A stretch of DNA of 64,000 bases from Williopsis jadinii (taxonomy: Eukaryota), in assembly GCA_024346625.1 (NCBI GenBank), contig AP024668.1, positions 186,001-250,000 on the forward strand, given 5' to 3'. Numbering within the stretch: position 1 is the stretch's first letter; each line of letters begins with the position of its first letter. The position numbers and the translations under genes are program-made. The notes under the pieces were generated by a model that had not been told where the DNA came from, did not search any database, and worked only from the letters and a program-made list of their open reading frames with translations. Below, piece after piece: positions 33,004-44,305 of the stretch.

Positions 33004-36000
33004 ATGAGTACCATCAAAGGTTCCAACTCAGAAGACAAGCGAGGCCTGCTATCCCAAGATGTTGAGAAATGTGAGGTAACTGAGCCACCACTGCAAAGGA
33101 GGTTTCTAACCCCACTACTATCGAAACAGGTGCCTCCAATACCTACAGAAGATGAGAGAAAGCTATATCCCGATCTCAAGAAAAACCCAGTGTCTACGCT
33201 ATTCTTTGGCTGGCTGAACCCACTGCTCCGTGTTGGCTATAAGAGAACCTTGGTTCCTAACGATCTCTATCGGTTAGATGGTAGTTTATCCATTGAACAT
33301 ACATACGAAGCGTTCAAAGAAAACCTCATGAAAGTCTTACACAAGGATAATTCTTCAAATGTTGATAACAATCATGAATTGGTTTATTCAAAAAACTCTA
33401 TCGTCAAGGCATTAATGATGACCTTAAAGTGGGAGTACTCTTTAGCAATTACCCTGAAGTTGCTGAGTGACATATCACAGGTTGTGGTTTCGATCTTGTC
33501 AAAGTCTCTAATCAACTTTGTATCTGAGAAGACACTTTTTCCGAATACACCGGTGAAGCGTGGTGTTGGTTATGCTTTCGGTGTCACTCTGCTCTTGATC
33601 ACCTCCAATCTGCTCCTTAACCATTTCTTGTACTTGTCACTTGTCGCTGGTGCTAAGGTTAAAGCCATATTAACAACCCTAATATTGGATAAGACCTTTA
33701 GAGCTGATGCACACTCAAGACACACTTTCACAAATGGTAAAGTAACATCTATTATGTCCACAGATTTGGCAAGAATTGATCAGGCTGTGGGCTTACAGCC
33801 CTATGCCATTACAGCTCCTGTGCCTTTGGCAATTGCCATTGCCTTGCTGATAGTCAACATTGGACCATCATCTTTGGCTGGTGTTGGTGTTTTTCTGCTT
33901 TCTTTGGTCATCATTATCACCATATCTACTCTGCTGATAAAGATGCGAGCTCGTGCTAACAGGTATACTGATTCGAGAATATCTTATATGCGTGAGATCT
34001 TGCAAAACATCAAAGTTATCAAATTATATTCCTGGGAGGATGCCTATGAACGAATAGTGACAGGGGAAAGAAACAATGAAATGGGGATCATACTGAAGAT
34101 GCAATCTATACGGAACTTTCTCGCAGCTTTTGCAATTTCTTTGCCTTCGTTAGTTTCAATGGTGGCATTCCTGGTGATGTACGGAGTATCGAAGGACAAG
34201 AACCCTGCAAATATCTTTCCGTCTCTCTATCTCTTTAGCATCCTAGGTGACCAGCTATTGATGATGCCAACGGCTCTGTCTTCTGCTGCTGATGCAAAAG
34301 TTGGACTTGAACGACTACGCCTGTACTTACAATCAACCGAAATTGAAGATGAGAAGGTGGATGGTGAGGCTGATCTCCCACCTAACATTTCAATGGAGGT
34401 AAATAATGGCTTCTTCGTATGGGAAAAGTTCCAAGATGCTGACAATGGAGGCCATGTTGTTAGTCAGCCAGCTTCTATCACCAATGATGTAGCTTCGAGA
34501 TGTGACTTCAATGGCTTTGACAATCTCAATTTGTCAATTCCAAAGGGCAGCTTCGTAGTCATCACTGGACCAATTGGGTCCGGTAAGTCCTCGCTGCTTC
34601 TGGCCCTTGCAGGCTTCATGAAGAGGACTTCTGGGTCAGTTTCTTCAAATGGCTCACTTCTCCTATGTGGTCAACCTTGGATACAGAACACGACTCTTAG
34701 AGAAAACATTCTTTTTGGAGCTGAGTACGACGAAGTAAGATACCGTGATGTTATAAGGGTTTGTGCTCTGGAAGACGATCTCAAGATGTTTACTGCAGGT
34801 GATCTAACTGAAGTTGGAGAGCGTGGTATCACACTTTCGGGAGGTCAGAAGGCAAGAATCAACTTGGCAAGAGGTATCTATGCGGACAATGATATTATCC
34901 TCCTTGATGATATATTGAGTGCTGTAGATGCACGTGTTGGGAAGTTCATTGTCGATGAATGTTTGAACAAATACCTCAAGGATAAAACTGTGTTGCTCGC
35001 TACTCATCAACTCAGTCTGGTGAATTTGGCTGATGCACTGATTTATTTGAATGAAGATGGTACGGTTAGTATGGGCACTTTTGAAGAGTTAAGTGCAACC
35101 TGTAATGGGTTCAATAGACTGCTGGAGTATTACTCTAAGAAAGAAGATGTTAGCTCTAAGGAATCTTCAAGCAAGAAAGAGCCTTCATCTAATTCATCAG
35201 GGTCTGGGTATGGTGGGCTCACTGGTGATGGAATTCTCATTGAAGAGGAAGAAAAAGGCGTTAACAGTATTGCATGGAGCGTCTATAAGAGCTATCTTCA
35301 TGAAGGACAAGGTGTTGCTGGACCATTTGCATTGCCAGTCATTGGCGTTGTAATGAGTCTTAACACTTTTGCGCTGATATTTGTGAACGTCTGGCTCTCA
35401 TTTTGGGTATCCGATAAGTTTAGAGAATACTCCAATGGGTTCTATATTGGTATCTATGTGGCTCTTGTCATTGCTAGTGTCTTATGCACTGCCATTGGTT
35501 TCCTTGTCTTAGGGTATTTCTTCTCAACAGCATCTAGAAAATTATACATCAAAGCATTGAAGAGAATCTTACATACTCCAATGTGTTACCTCGATGTCAC
35601 GCCCATGGGAAGGATCATGAATAGATTTACCAAAGACACAGACGATTTAGACAATGGAATTGGTAAGCAGCTAGTCATCTTAATTTACACTGGCTCATTT
35701 GTCATCGGTGTGCTCGTGCTATGCATTGTCTACCTTCCTTGGTTTGCGTTGACACTTCCTCCAACTTTACTCGCTTGTTTCATCACAGCCAACTTTTACA
35801 TTGCCTCTTCCATAGAGGTTAAGCGTATTGAATCCATTCAGAGATCTCATGTTTTCAACAACTTCCATGAGATTCTTAATGGGTTAAATACACTGAAGGC
35901 ATATCATGCATTAGGAAGATTTATGGCTAAGAACAAAAGACTTCTTAACCGTATGAATGAGGCTTACTTAGTGGTCATTGCAAATCAAAGATGGATATCC

Positions 36001-37062
36001 ATTCATTTGGAACTGATATCATGTCTTCTTGTCTTTGTGATTTCTATGTTGTCTGTCAACAAAGTCTTTGAAATCAGTGCATCTTCAGTAGGTTTAATAG
36101 TGACGTACGTTATGCACCTCGCTAGCCTTATGTCTTCAACAATGAGAGCTTACACCTCTGTTGAGAACGAAATGAACTCAGTCGAGAGACTGTGCTTCTA
36201 TGCCAATGACCTTGAGCAAGAACAACCATACAGGATCAACGAGACCAGGCCAAGGCCTTCATGGCCAGAACACGGTGCAATTGAGTTCCAGAACGTTTCC
36301 ATGAGGTACCGATATGGCTCACCACTGGTGTTGAGGAACTTGTCTATCTCTGTCAAAGGTGGTGAGAAGATTGGAATCTGTGGGAGAACTGGTGCAGGCA
36401 AGTCCTCCATCATGAATGTGTTATTCCGTCTCACTGAGCCTGCTGAAGGTGCTGTGATCATTGATGGTGTCGATACGTCCAAGCTAGGACTTTATGATTT
36501 GAGATCGAAGCTGTCCATCATTCCACAAGACCCAGTGCTATTTAGAGGCACCATCAGAAAGAACCTCGATCCATTTGAGCAAAGTGAGGATTCTGCTCTA
36601 TGGGAAGCTTTGAGAAAAGCTGGTCTCATAGACACTGAAGTCTTGAGAAAGGCCAAATCACAGCATCCTGATGACCCAAACCGTCACAAGTTCCACCTGG
36701 ACCAGCTTGTAGAGGATGATGGCTCCAATTTCTCCAATGGTGAGCGTCAATTGATTGCACTGGCCCGTGCACTGGTTCGTGACTCCAAGATCCTAGTGCT
36801 GGATGAGGCCACGTCCAGTGTCGACTACGAAACAGACGCAAAGATCCAAAACACCATTGCTAAAGAGTTCAGCGAATGTACTATCCTGTGCATTGCACAC
36901 AGGCTGAACACTATCTTGAATTATGACCGTATTCTTGTGTTGGAAAAGGGCAAAGTGGAACAGTTTGACACACCTTGGGCCCTGTTCAGCCAAGATGGCA
37001 TCTTCAGACAAATGTGCGAACGTTCTGGCATCAATTCGACTGATTTGAGAGCTTCACAATAG
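33004..37062 (+). CDS. YOR1: ABCC/MRP transporter, Yor1-like, tandem copy 2 (1352 aa)
   Basis: Same motifs; collinear paralog of 28130-32242. Confidence 0.88.
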   Translation: MSTIKGSNSEDKRGLLSQDVEKCEVTEPPLQRRFLTPLLSKQVPPIPTEDERKLYPDLKKNPVSTLFFGWLNPLLRVGYKRTLVPNDLYRLDGSLSIEHTYEAFKENLMKVLHKDNSSNVDNNHELVYSKNSIVKALMMTLKWEYSLAITLKLLSDISQVVVSILSKSLINFVSEKTLFPNTPVKRGVGYAFGVTLLLITSNLLLNHFLYLSLVAGAKVKAILTTLILDKTFRADAHSRHTFTNGKVTSIMSTDLARIDQAVGLQPYAITAPVPLAIAIALLIVNIGPSSLAGVGVFLLSLVIIITISTLLIKMRARANRYTDSRISYMREILQNIKVIKLYSWEDAYERIVTGERNNEMGIILKMQSIRNFLAAFAISLPSLVSMVAFLVMYGVSKDKNPANIFPSLYLFSILGDQLLMMPTALSSAADAKVGLERLRLYLQSTEIEDEKVDGEADLPPNISMEVNNGFFVWEKFQDADNGGHVVSQPASITNDVASRCDFNGFDNLNLSIPKGSFVVITGPIGSGKSSLLLALAGFMKRTSGSVSSNGSLLLCGQPWIQNTTLRENILFGAEYDEVRYRDVIRVCALEDDLKMFTAGDLTEVGERGITLSGGQKARINLARGIYADNDIILLDDILSAVDARVGKFIVDECLNKYLKDKTVLLATHQLSLVNLADALIYLNEDGTVSMGTFEELSATCNGFNRLLEYYSKKEDVSSKESSSKKEPSSNSSGSGYGGLTGDGILIEEEEKGVNSIAWSVYKSYLHEGQGVAGPFALPVIGVVMSLNTFALIFVNVWLSFWVSDKFREYSNGFYIGIYVALVIASVLCTAIGFLVLGYFFSTASRKLYIKALKRILHTPMCYLDVTPMGRIMNRFTKDTDDLDNGIGKQLVILIYTGSFVIGVLVLCIVYLPWFALTLPPTLLACFITANFYIASSIEVKRIESIQRSHVFNNFHEILNGLNTLKAYHALGRFMAKNKRLLNRMNEAYLVVIANQRWISIHLELISCLLVFVISMLSVNKVFEISASSVGLIVTYVMHLASLMSSTMRAYTSVENEMNSVERLCFYANDLEQEQPYRINETRPRPSWPEHGAIEFQNVSMRYRYGSPLVLRNLSISVKGGEKIGICGRTGAGKSSIMNVLFRLTEPAEGAVIIDGVDTSKLGLYDLRSKLSIIPQDPVLFRGTIRKNLDPFEQSEDSALWEALRKAGLIDTEVLRKAKSQHPDDPNRHKFHLDQLVEDDGSNFSNGERQLIALARALVRDSKILVLDEATSSVDYETDAKIQNTIAKEFSECTILCIAHRLNTILNYDRILVLEKGKVEQFDTPWALFSQDGIFRQMCERSGINSTDLRASQ

Positions 37063-37096
37063 ATATCCATTACTATACCCTGTACTAGATCTATTA

Positions 37097-38644
37097 TCAC
37101 GGTTGAATCTTCTCTCCCTTGGCCAATTCAACTGCGCCTTTATACCCTTGGCCAAAGCAATCTGGAACACCAATACCATCACCAAACGACATTCCACCTT
37201 GGGATAACATCCCCTTATATTCTAATTGTATCTTCTTGTCGAAGTCTCTTTTCAATGATTCATAGCCAACATTATACTGAGGAATGCATTTTTCAATGTA
37301 TGTCTTTTCAATATGAGTGTTGTCTGTATTCAGTCTTATACCAAGCTGTTTGGCAGCTGCATCAATACAATTCCTTGTCAAAGTATCGATATCTCCATCA
37401 AACGGTCTATCATCATGATAGTGACCACCACACATAATGGTGAGCTTTGTATAGTCAGCAGGGCTATAAACTCCATTCACCTGTTCTTTATCAAATGATA
37501 CAGTTGATCCATTGAACAGTGGTACACAGCCCTTTTCAACCTCTGAATCGAAAATGACCCCTAATAGTCCAAATGGGTTCGGATTCGACATTGGCACTAA
37601 ATAGCCAAATCCATGGTATGGTAAGATGTCCTTTTTTATGTACAAGTTTATCAGCAAGATATTGATTGAATGCACCTTTGACGCAATTGCACCGGTTTCA
37701 GAATTCCGAATCAATTGGAACAGCTTAGACGCATTGATTGTCGATCTAACATGGTCGTAGCTGATATTGTTCACCGAGACCTGATTTGAATCTATAGCAA
37801 GTGAGTTCACATCAGTGTTCAGTTTGAAACAGACATTCGGTTGTGCTTCTAAAGCTTTTGCAATAGATAAAGGTAAAGTTGATAATCCATCTGTCATGGT
37901 TATCATTGGGAAGTTCTTCAAAAATTTAGACAATTCAAGAACGCTGTAACCCTCTGGTTTGAATCTCTCCTGATAATCGCTCAACAGCGATGAGGTAGCT
38001 GGCTTGTCCTTCTTGTTGAAGACTGATCTAATGATCGAGCCGTACTTCTTCTCAGAGTTGAACATCGATTTCAACGTTGATTTAGCACTCAGCTTATCGA
38101 TATCTCCAGCGTAGATGCCGTGGAAAACAGCACTTAAGACGTTGTCCGGCAAAGCATGTCCAAATCTTCTTGTCAAGAAGGATCTCACGCTCTCGTCATC
38201 CTTTGGTGAAGCCTTCACAAAGGGCTCTTTTAGAGCCCCTTGTATAAGACCCTTGCCTAATGGGTTTCTCAAGAATCGAATCAGAGTCTTGAAACTGTTA
38301 GGCACTTGAAGCAGAGACTCGGAAGACAATAAATACTTCCTATTGGCAATGGAATCGGACTTGATGACGTTAATCTTGTCCTTCTTACCCAATCTCAACA
38401 GCGTATCTATGATCAACACAGTACCATCACTAGCACCTCTTAGGGTCCTTGGGCCTTTCTCCAAGGTTACATGTGCCTCATCAATTGGAGTGAGTTGCGA
38501 GCAGATATAACCACCAACTCGTGGTTGACTGTCGTATACCGTTATAGATACGTCCGGTCTCAGCTTCGAGAGGAAATAGGTGAACGATAGACCGGATATA
38601 CCCGAACCGATCACTGCCACTCTGGCATTAGGCTTGAGAGACAT
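37097..38644 (-). CDS. HEM14: Protoporphyrinogen oxidase
   Basis: FAD motif VAVIGSGISGL, LEKGPRTLRG, GIYAGD, GFGYLVP, LLGVIFDS, IPQYNVG; next to FAA2 as in S. cerevisiae. Confidence 0.93.
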   Translation of the reverse strand: MSLKPNARVAVIGSGISGLSFTYFLSKLRPDVSITVYDSQPRVGGYICSQLTPIDEAHVTLEKGPRTLRGASDGTVLIIDTLLRLGKKDKINVIKSDSIANRKYLLSSESLLQVPNSFKTLIRFLRNPLGKGLIQGALKEPFVKASPKDDESVRSFLTRRFGHALPDNVLSAVFHGIYAGDIDKLSAKSTLKSMFNSEKKYGSIIRSVFNKKDKPATSSLLSDYQERFKPEGYSVLELSKFLKNFPMITMTDGLSTLPLSIAKALEAQPNVCFKLNTDVNSLAIDSNQVSVNNISYDHVRSTINASKLFQLIRNSETGAIASKVHSINILLINLYIKKDILPYHGFGYLVPMSNPNPFGLLGVIFDSEVEKGCVPLFNGSTVSFDKEQVNGVYSPADYTKLTIMCGGHYHDDRPFDGDIDTLTRNCIDAAAKQLGIRLNTDNTHIEKTYIEKCIPQYNVGYESLKRDFDKKIQLEYKGMLSQGGMSFGDGIGVPDCFGQGYKGAVELAKGEKIQP

Positions 38645-38761
38645 CTGATACGCTGAATGGGCGTGAGCTCAATTGGTTTGCAGAAGAAGAGTTGAAGTCG
38701 TAGAGCCTCGAGTTGTGAAATGTAATGCCGTGATGCCACCATCGATGTACGAGTACGCATG

Positions 38762-38825
38762 AGGTGTCTGGATGTTTGGGTGTCCAGATTTATAGGTGTT
38801 TGGATGTGTGGGTGTCCGGGTGGCA
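38762..38825 (-). repeat. Degenerate 8-bp tandem array (GGGTGTCY-like, x8), Rap1/telomere-like, upstream of HEM14
   Basis: aggtgtct ggatgttt gggtgtcc agatttat aggtgttt ggatgtgt gggtgtcc gggtggca. Confidence 0.75.
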
Positions 38826-39585
38826 GGCACCGCCCGTTTTGCACATAAACGGGAGAGAAGCGCGGACGAATTTGTTTTGGAACCGCGGCTCAAATTGTGA
38901 CAGGTGGTCTGGAACCGTAGTTGCCCACAGGACAAAACCAGGAAAATCCACAAAGTCTCAACCAAAACGCGGGGTAAAGTCCCAAAGTAAACATAACCTC
39001 TTTTGATCAGCGTTAAGCAGATGCACATGGAGATTCAAGCACAGAGACAACAAAAAAAGGAGACAGGCCTAGCTTTAACGTATATGTGTTTCCCGAACTT
39101 TTCCCCATTTTCCCTCACATATGTGAGGACTCACCACAGATGAACTCAATTTTGGAATTTTTTGTCCACATTAGCCCCGCAAGTTCGCAAACTGGAACTG
39201 TCCTGTTACGCACGTAATGTCAAATAGCATAGTGTACTCGCCTCCAACAGCACTTGTCCCCCGTTGCGGAAAACCCTGGGGTACTCTACCTAATGGTTTA
39301 GATGCCGAGGGACTTGAACCCAAATTTCTTCTCCAGCGCGCTAAGACACGGAGCTTGCGCGCTTGGGTCATGAGCTTTCCCAGTACTCTCCACCACATTA
39401 ATGATGAAACCGTGAAATTAATAGTCGATATACCGAAGGAGACTACTTTTTATTTCTTTTTCCTGTAGCTTGTCCTCAAAGTGTTTATAAAGCAACAACT
39501 ATCCACCAATATTTTCACCATGTCTTGGTTTGTCTGGCCCGTTTTGTCCTGTCCCTTTCCTCACGACTAATACGCTTCCCCACCA

Positions 39586-41742
39586 ATGTCCTCATTCACG
39601 TCGTTACTCAAAAGAGAGGAGTGCTACAACAAAGAGGGAAAGTTTGACCTCGACCTCTTGAAGGCAAACACGCCTTTACCAACGATCAAGGCACCTCACA
39701 AACAGACGTACAGAGTCCCGGGTTCTGAGAAACCCGGTTACTCGTCCGCATACAGATCGTCACATTTGCCTGTTGGCCAACCGCTTGTTGATAAAGTTGC
39801 TCCGGGGTTCGATACGGTGCTCTCTGTCATGGAGCACGCCTTTGCGCACTATCCGGACAGACCATGTCTCGGGACTAGGCTGTTGAAGAAAGATGGGTCT
39901 GATTATGAAGACCACTTCACCTATGCAACCTATAGAGAAGTACAGGAGAAGAGAAACAGAATCGGATCAGGCATCAGAACCCTTGTTGGAAGGGATGAGA
40001 AGTTTGTTGTTGGGCTGTACAGCTCAAACAGACCTGAGTGGGTTGTTACGATGCTGGCCACACAGGCCTATGACCTGATCTACACGGCGTTGTATGACAC
40101 GCTTGGTCCCACCACGTCGGCCTATATTCTCAACTTTACTGAAACGCCTTTGCTTGTCGTTTCAAAGGAGAAGCTACGCTCGATCTTCCAGTTGAAGAAG
40201 AACAACGGCTTGCCACACTTGAAGTTTGTTGTTGTTATGGAGCCTTTGGACTTGGAGAAGGATTTCGGATTGGTTCAAGTTGCAGAATCAAGAGGCGTTA
40301 GAATCTTGGACTTTAACCAATTGGAGAACATTGGCCGTTTGAATCCATTGCCTGTGATCAAGGCTAGACCAGAATCTACATTCGGTATTTCCTTCACATC
40401 GGGTACTACAGGTAACCCGAAGGGCGTGGAAATTACACAGTCAATGACTGCTGCCTTTGTTGCGTTCAGTCTTTCCTCTGTGTACGTTACTGTGAAGCCC
40501 GAAGATCAGATTAGAGTGTTTGGCTTCCTGCCTTTGGCACATATCTATGAAGTTTGTAACTTGAGTATGCAATTGACAACTGGTTGTTCAATTGCATTCC
40601 CTCCAGACCCTTCTCCTCTGAAACTGGTTGAGAACTTGGCCATTGTTAAGCCACACATCGTGTGCTTGGTTCCAAGAGTTTATACCAAGATGGAGGCATC
40701 CTTGAAGGAAGCCATGTCTAGTTCCTTTGTCGGACGTCAGCTTTTGAAAGGAATTGAAAGCAAGATTGAGCAATCGACAGATGATGGTTTACCACATTCC
40801 ATTCTTTTGGACTCTCTAGCCTTGAAGGGAGTTCGTAAGAAATTGGGTGTATCTGAAACAAGTATTTTAATCAGTGGTTCTGCACCAATTGGTTCGGAAA
40901 CTGTTGACTTTCTGAGAAGTTCCCTGGGAACTGGGTTCTCACAGGGCTATGGATTGACAGAGTCAACGTCAGGTATCTCAGTTTCATCACCTTTTGATAA
41001 GGAGGTTACGTGTGGTGGTATTGCCATCACCACCGAGTTTAGACTACGTGCTTTGCCGCAGATGAATTACCATACACATGATGAAAAGGGTGTTGAGTTG
41101 GATGAACCTCAAGGTGAATTGTTATTACGTGGTCCCCAAATCTTCCCTCGCTATTTCAAGAACCCAGAGGCTACAAAGGATACCTTTGATGAAGATGGGT
41201 GGTTTAAGACGGGTGATGTTGCTAGACGTGACAGCCGTGGTCGTATCACCATCATTGATCGTGTCAAAAACTTCTTCAAACTGGCCCAAGGTGAATACAT
41301 TACTCCAGAGCGTGTTGAAAACGCATATCTTGCTGTCACTCCATTCTTGACCCAAATCTATGTCCATGGTGATTCGATGAAGACCTTCCTTGTGGCGATT
41401 GTCGGTGTTGAGCCGGAAGCATTCAAGACCCATCTGTCACGCCATCGTAAAACACATCATTTGGCACGTTTACCAATAGAGCAAGTTTTGGAGAAGGTTA
41501 ACAATTCTCCAGAAATCAAGAAGTTCATCCTACATAAACTGGATGACAATGTCAAGCATGAAGGACTTCAAGGGTTTGAAAAATTGCACAATATGGAGTT
41601 TATGATTGAGCCTCTGAAGATCTCTGATGATACCATCACTCCAACTTTGAAGATTAAGAGAAACATTGCTGCAAAGTTCTTCAAAGATTCATTTGAACAA
41701 CTGTACAAAGAAGGTTCGTTGTTGAAGAACAATAAATTGTGA
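39586..41742 (+). CDS. FAA2: Fatty acyl-CoA synthetase, probably peroxisomal (C-terminal NKL)
   Basis: ISFTSGTTGNPKG, FLPLAHIYE, QGYGLTES, GWFKTGD, IIDRVKNFFKLAQGEYITPE, TPTLKIKR. Confidence 0.85.
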   Translation: MSSFTSLLKREECYNKEGKFDLDLLKANTPLPTIKAPHKQTYRVPGSEKPGYSSAYRSSHLPVGQPLVDKVAPGFDTVLSVMEHAFAHYPDRPCLGTRLLKKDGSDYEDHFTYATYREVQEKRNRIGSGIRTLVGRDEKFVVGLYSSNRPEWVVTMLATQAYDLIYTALYDTLGPTTSAYILNFTETPLLVVSKEKLRSIFQLKKNNGLPHLKFVVVMEPLDLEKDFGLVQVAESRGVRILDFNQLENIGRLNPLPVIKARPESTFGISFTSGTTGNPKGVEITQSMTAAFVAFSLSSVYVTVKPEDQIRVFGFLPLAHIYEVCNLSMQLTTGCSIAFPPDPSPLKLVENLAIVKPHIVCLVPRVYTKMEASLKEAMSSSFVGRQLLKGIESKIEQSTDDGLPHSILLDSLALKGVRKKLGVSETSILISGSAPIGSETVDFLRSSLGTGFSQGYGLTESTSGISVSSPFDKEVTCGGIAITTEFRLRALPQMNYHTHDEKGVELDEPQGELLLRGPQIFPRYFKNPEATKDTFDEDGWFKTGDVARRDSRGRITIIDRVKNFFKLAQGEYITPERVENAYLAVTPFLTQIYVHGDSMKTFLVAIVGVEPEAFKTHLSRHRKTHHLARLPIEQVLEKVNNSPEIKKFILHKLDDNVKHEGLQGFEKLHNMEFMIEPLKISDDTITPTLKIKRNIAAKFFKDSFEQLYKEGSLLKNNKL

Positions 41743-42453
41743 GAATAACATCTGATTTGCACCCTTATCTTTTTCATTTATTTCTCCATTCATGAACATA
41801 CAATTTGTTTCTTTTGTTAAATGTTGTAGATTGAGACTGTGACTTCTATTGATGAAGCACTGGTCTGGGTAATTTCCTGTGATGTTAGATGTACAGGCTC
41901 AAGTCACTCCTGGGGACCAATTGTGGGTAGTGGAATGCACAAGCCTGTCTAAGGTACAAAAGGTGCTGTAGATTTTTACCTCAGATTGTCTATTTACAGT
42001 TGAAACATACGTATAGATCTATTTCATCTATTAATAACCAATTTATATCTCTTTGGTGCCATATTTGAAGATTATCGGATTCCTTGTTGTCTTAGTAAAT
42101 TTTGTAAATAAATTTTCCGTAGCATATTTTAAAATCTTTTGAGAAAATCCCATAAGAATCCGATAAAAGTCCAATTAATTTTAGATATTCTATTAGCAAA
42201 GTACGAATACAGCTCCGCTATCAAGCTTTTATCTAATTAGTGCCTCAGATTCGCTTATATTATTTCAATATATCAATTATACGAAAGACTATGATGCTTA
42301 TTAATTGTGTCACTTTTCATCCGAACACCAAGTATATATGTACTATGCAAGTGATGCATTATTGTTATCTCATCTCCCTCATTTTGCTACAGATTTGAAG
42401 CGTTAGCCGAGTGTATAAACATCAAGAATCAATTACAATATCCAATATTGAGA

Positions 42454-44157
42454 TCACTTAGTCTTGCCGAGTAGCTTGAAAACTTTACGCTGTTTGGCAA
42501 AATGAATAGGACTCTGAGAGAAAACAGTATCCAATTCCTCCAAAGTCAAAGACTTGGTCTCAGGGACAAAGAGATACGTGAAGAAGAAGGCAAAGATGTT
42601 ACAGGCACCATAGAAGTAGAGGGCACCGCTTGTTGTCATAGTCTTAGTCATCGTTGGCCATGTCATACTCAACACAAAGTCCAAGATCCAGTTTATGGAC
42701 ATTCCCAGTGCAACACCAAAGGCTCTCACGTTTAAGGGATAAACCTCAGCATTGTAAGTCCAACTGACAGGACCAATTCCAAGACCGAAAAAGATAACAA
42801 AGAGATACATAGAAGTTAGACCAGAGCCCAGTCTCTTTGTCTTGTCTGTGATTGTTAAGGAAAGACCCAACCAAAACATGCAGAACGCCAAAGCAGGGAA
42901 GGTGATGATGAGCATTCTTCTTCTTCCAAATCTATCAATACACTGAGAGGAGAAGAACGTTGCAAGGAAACAACCACCACCGATACCAATACTTCCAGCA
43001 ATGGCAGTAACACTATCAATACCCGAGTTGACAAGGATGGTAGTGGTATAACCGACAAGAACGTTGACACCACAGTACTGCTGCATTATCATGTTGAATG
43101 CAGAAACTAAGAATGCAAATCTGACACGGCGTTCAGTGAAGAATAACTTGATCTGCTGGAAGATTGGAATCTTATGGATCTTGCCGGACTGTTTCAAAGA
43201 CAAGTACAGGACGTAGAAATCTCTTGCACCTTTTAGCTTACCGTTTCTCAATTTCTCCAAGACCGTCAATGCCTGAACCTCTCTGTTGGTAACGACCAAA
43301 TAACGAGGAGATTCGGGAACGAAGAGGATCAAGATTGCAACCAAAACCGGCGATACAAAAGAAGCACCAATCATCAATCTCCAGGATGTCTCACCTGGGA
43401 TATTCACAAATGCTCTGTTGAAAATACTTCCCAACATCACACCAAAGGCAACAAATGTTTGCCAAAGCATTAGGAAAACACCTCTTGATCTTGCTGGACT
43501 GGACTCAGCGATCAGCATTGGCACAGCAGTAGAGTTCAGACCCATTCCAATACCCAGGAACAATCTTGCAGCCAACATTGAGCCCATAGATTGGGCAAAC
43601 GCTTGCCATAGAGAACCACCGATACCGAAAGCACAAGAAACGAAGATGATCCACTTACGACCGACCCAGCGATCAAGAATAACGGCAGAAGGGGCTCCAA
43701 TAGTACCAGCAGATAGATATGGAGAAGCATTCAATAGACCTTGAATGTTTGAATTGGTAACTCCAAACAACTTGAAGAAAGACAGCTGAGCACCACCAAC
43801 GGCACTCTCATCATGACCGAAATTAACAGCAGCCAACGACGCTGTGAGGGCAATCAGGTACATGGTCCAGGATTGTGATCTGATAGAGTGTGTGTTTTCG
43901 AATTGTAGAGAATGAATCTCCTCCTCGGAATACAAGTTTTTTCTCTCCTCGAGGACTTCACCACCATCATTGGCCAGGAACGCACCACGAAGTAGGATGT
44001 CTCTCTCTGGAGCCAACTCTGGATGCTCTTCAATTATGGCATCGACATTAGCAGTGACCTTTTCATCACTCAGACCCTCGGTGAAGACCTCAATGTCTGA
44101 AGATGGAGACTCGTCAGATAAGGTGTCGATGCGGAGGCTTTCCTTCTCAAGTGGCAT
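42454..44157 (-). CDS. Sugar-porter family transporter (polyol/inositol-like clade); first ATG 44157
   Basis: FGHDES, DRWVGRK, AESSPARSRG, VPESPRYL, QQYCGVN, IDRFGRR, PETKSLTLEELD. Confidence 0.85.
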   Translation of the reverse strand: MPLEKESLRIDTLSDESPSSDIEVFTEGLSDEKVTANVDAIIEEHPELAPERDILLRGAFLANDGGEVLEERKNLYSEEEIHSLQFENTHSIRSQSWTMYLIALTASLAAVNFGHDESAVGGAQLSFFKLFGVTNSNIQGLLNASPYLSAGTIGAPSAVILDRWVGRKWIIFVSCAFGIGGSLWQAFAQSMGSMLAARLFLGIGMGLNSTAVPMLIAESSPARSRGVFLMLWQTFVAFGVMLGSIFNRAFVNIPGETSWRLMIGASFVSPVLVAILILFVPESPRYLVVTNREVQALTVLEKLRNGKLKGARDFYVLYLSLKQSGKIHKIPIFQQIKLFFTERRVRFAFLVSAFNMIMQQYCGVNVLVGYTTTILVNSGIDSVTAIAGSIGIGGGCFLATFFSSQCIDRFGRRRMLIITFPALAFCMFWLGLSLTITDKTKRLGSGLTSMYLFVIFFGLGIGPVSWTYNAEVYPLNVRAFGVALGMSINWILDFVLSMTWPTMTKTMTTSGALYFYGACNIFAFFFTYLFVPETKSLTLEELDTVFSQSPIHFAKQRKVFKLLGKTK

Positions 44158-44305
44158 GTTTTCCTCAGTGGTTATCGATAGACAAAGCTCTTTGGCCTTC
44201 TCTTCAAGTGTGTGGGCATCAGCGCATTTATATACACCACCTCCACGAGCATCGTGTAGAGTTAAGACGATTGCCACAGTTCGAGCAGGATTTTAGATCA
44301 TTCAG

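Noticed and set aside
42300..42330. TCCGAA after an AT-rich stretch as a point-centromere CDEIII
   Set aside because: No CDEI at a suitable distance, poor CDEIII match, and AT content looks lower than in CDEII elements.
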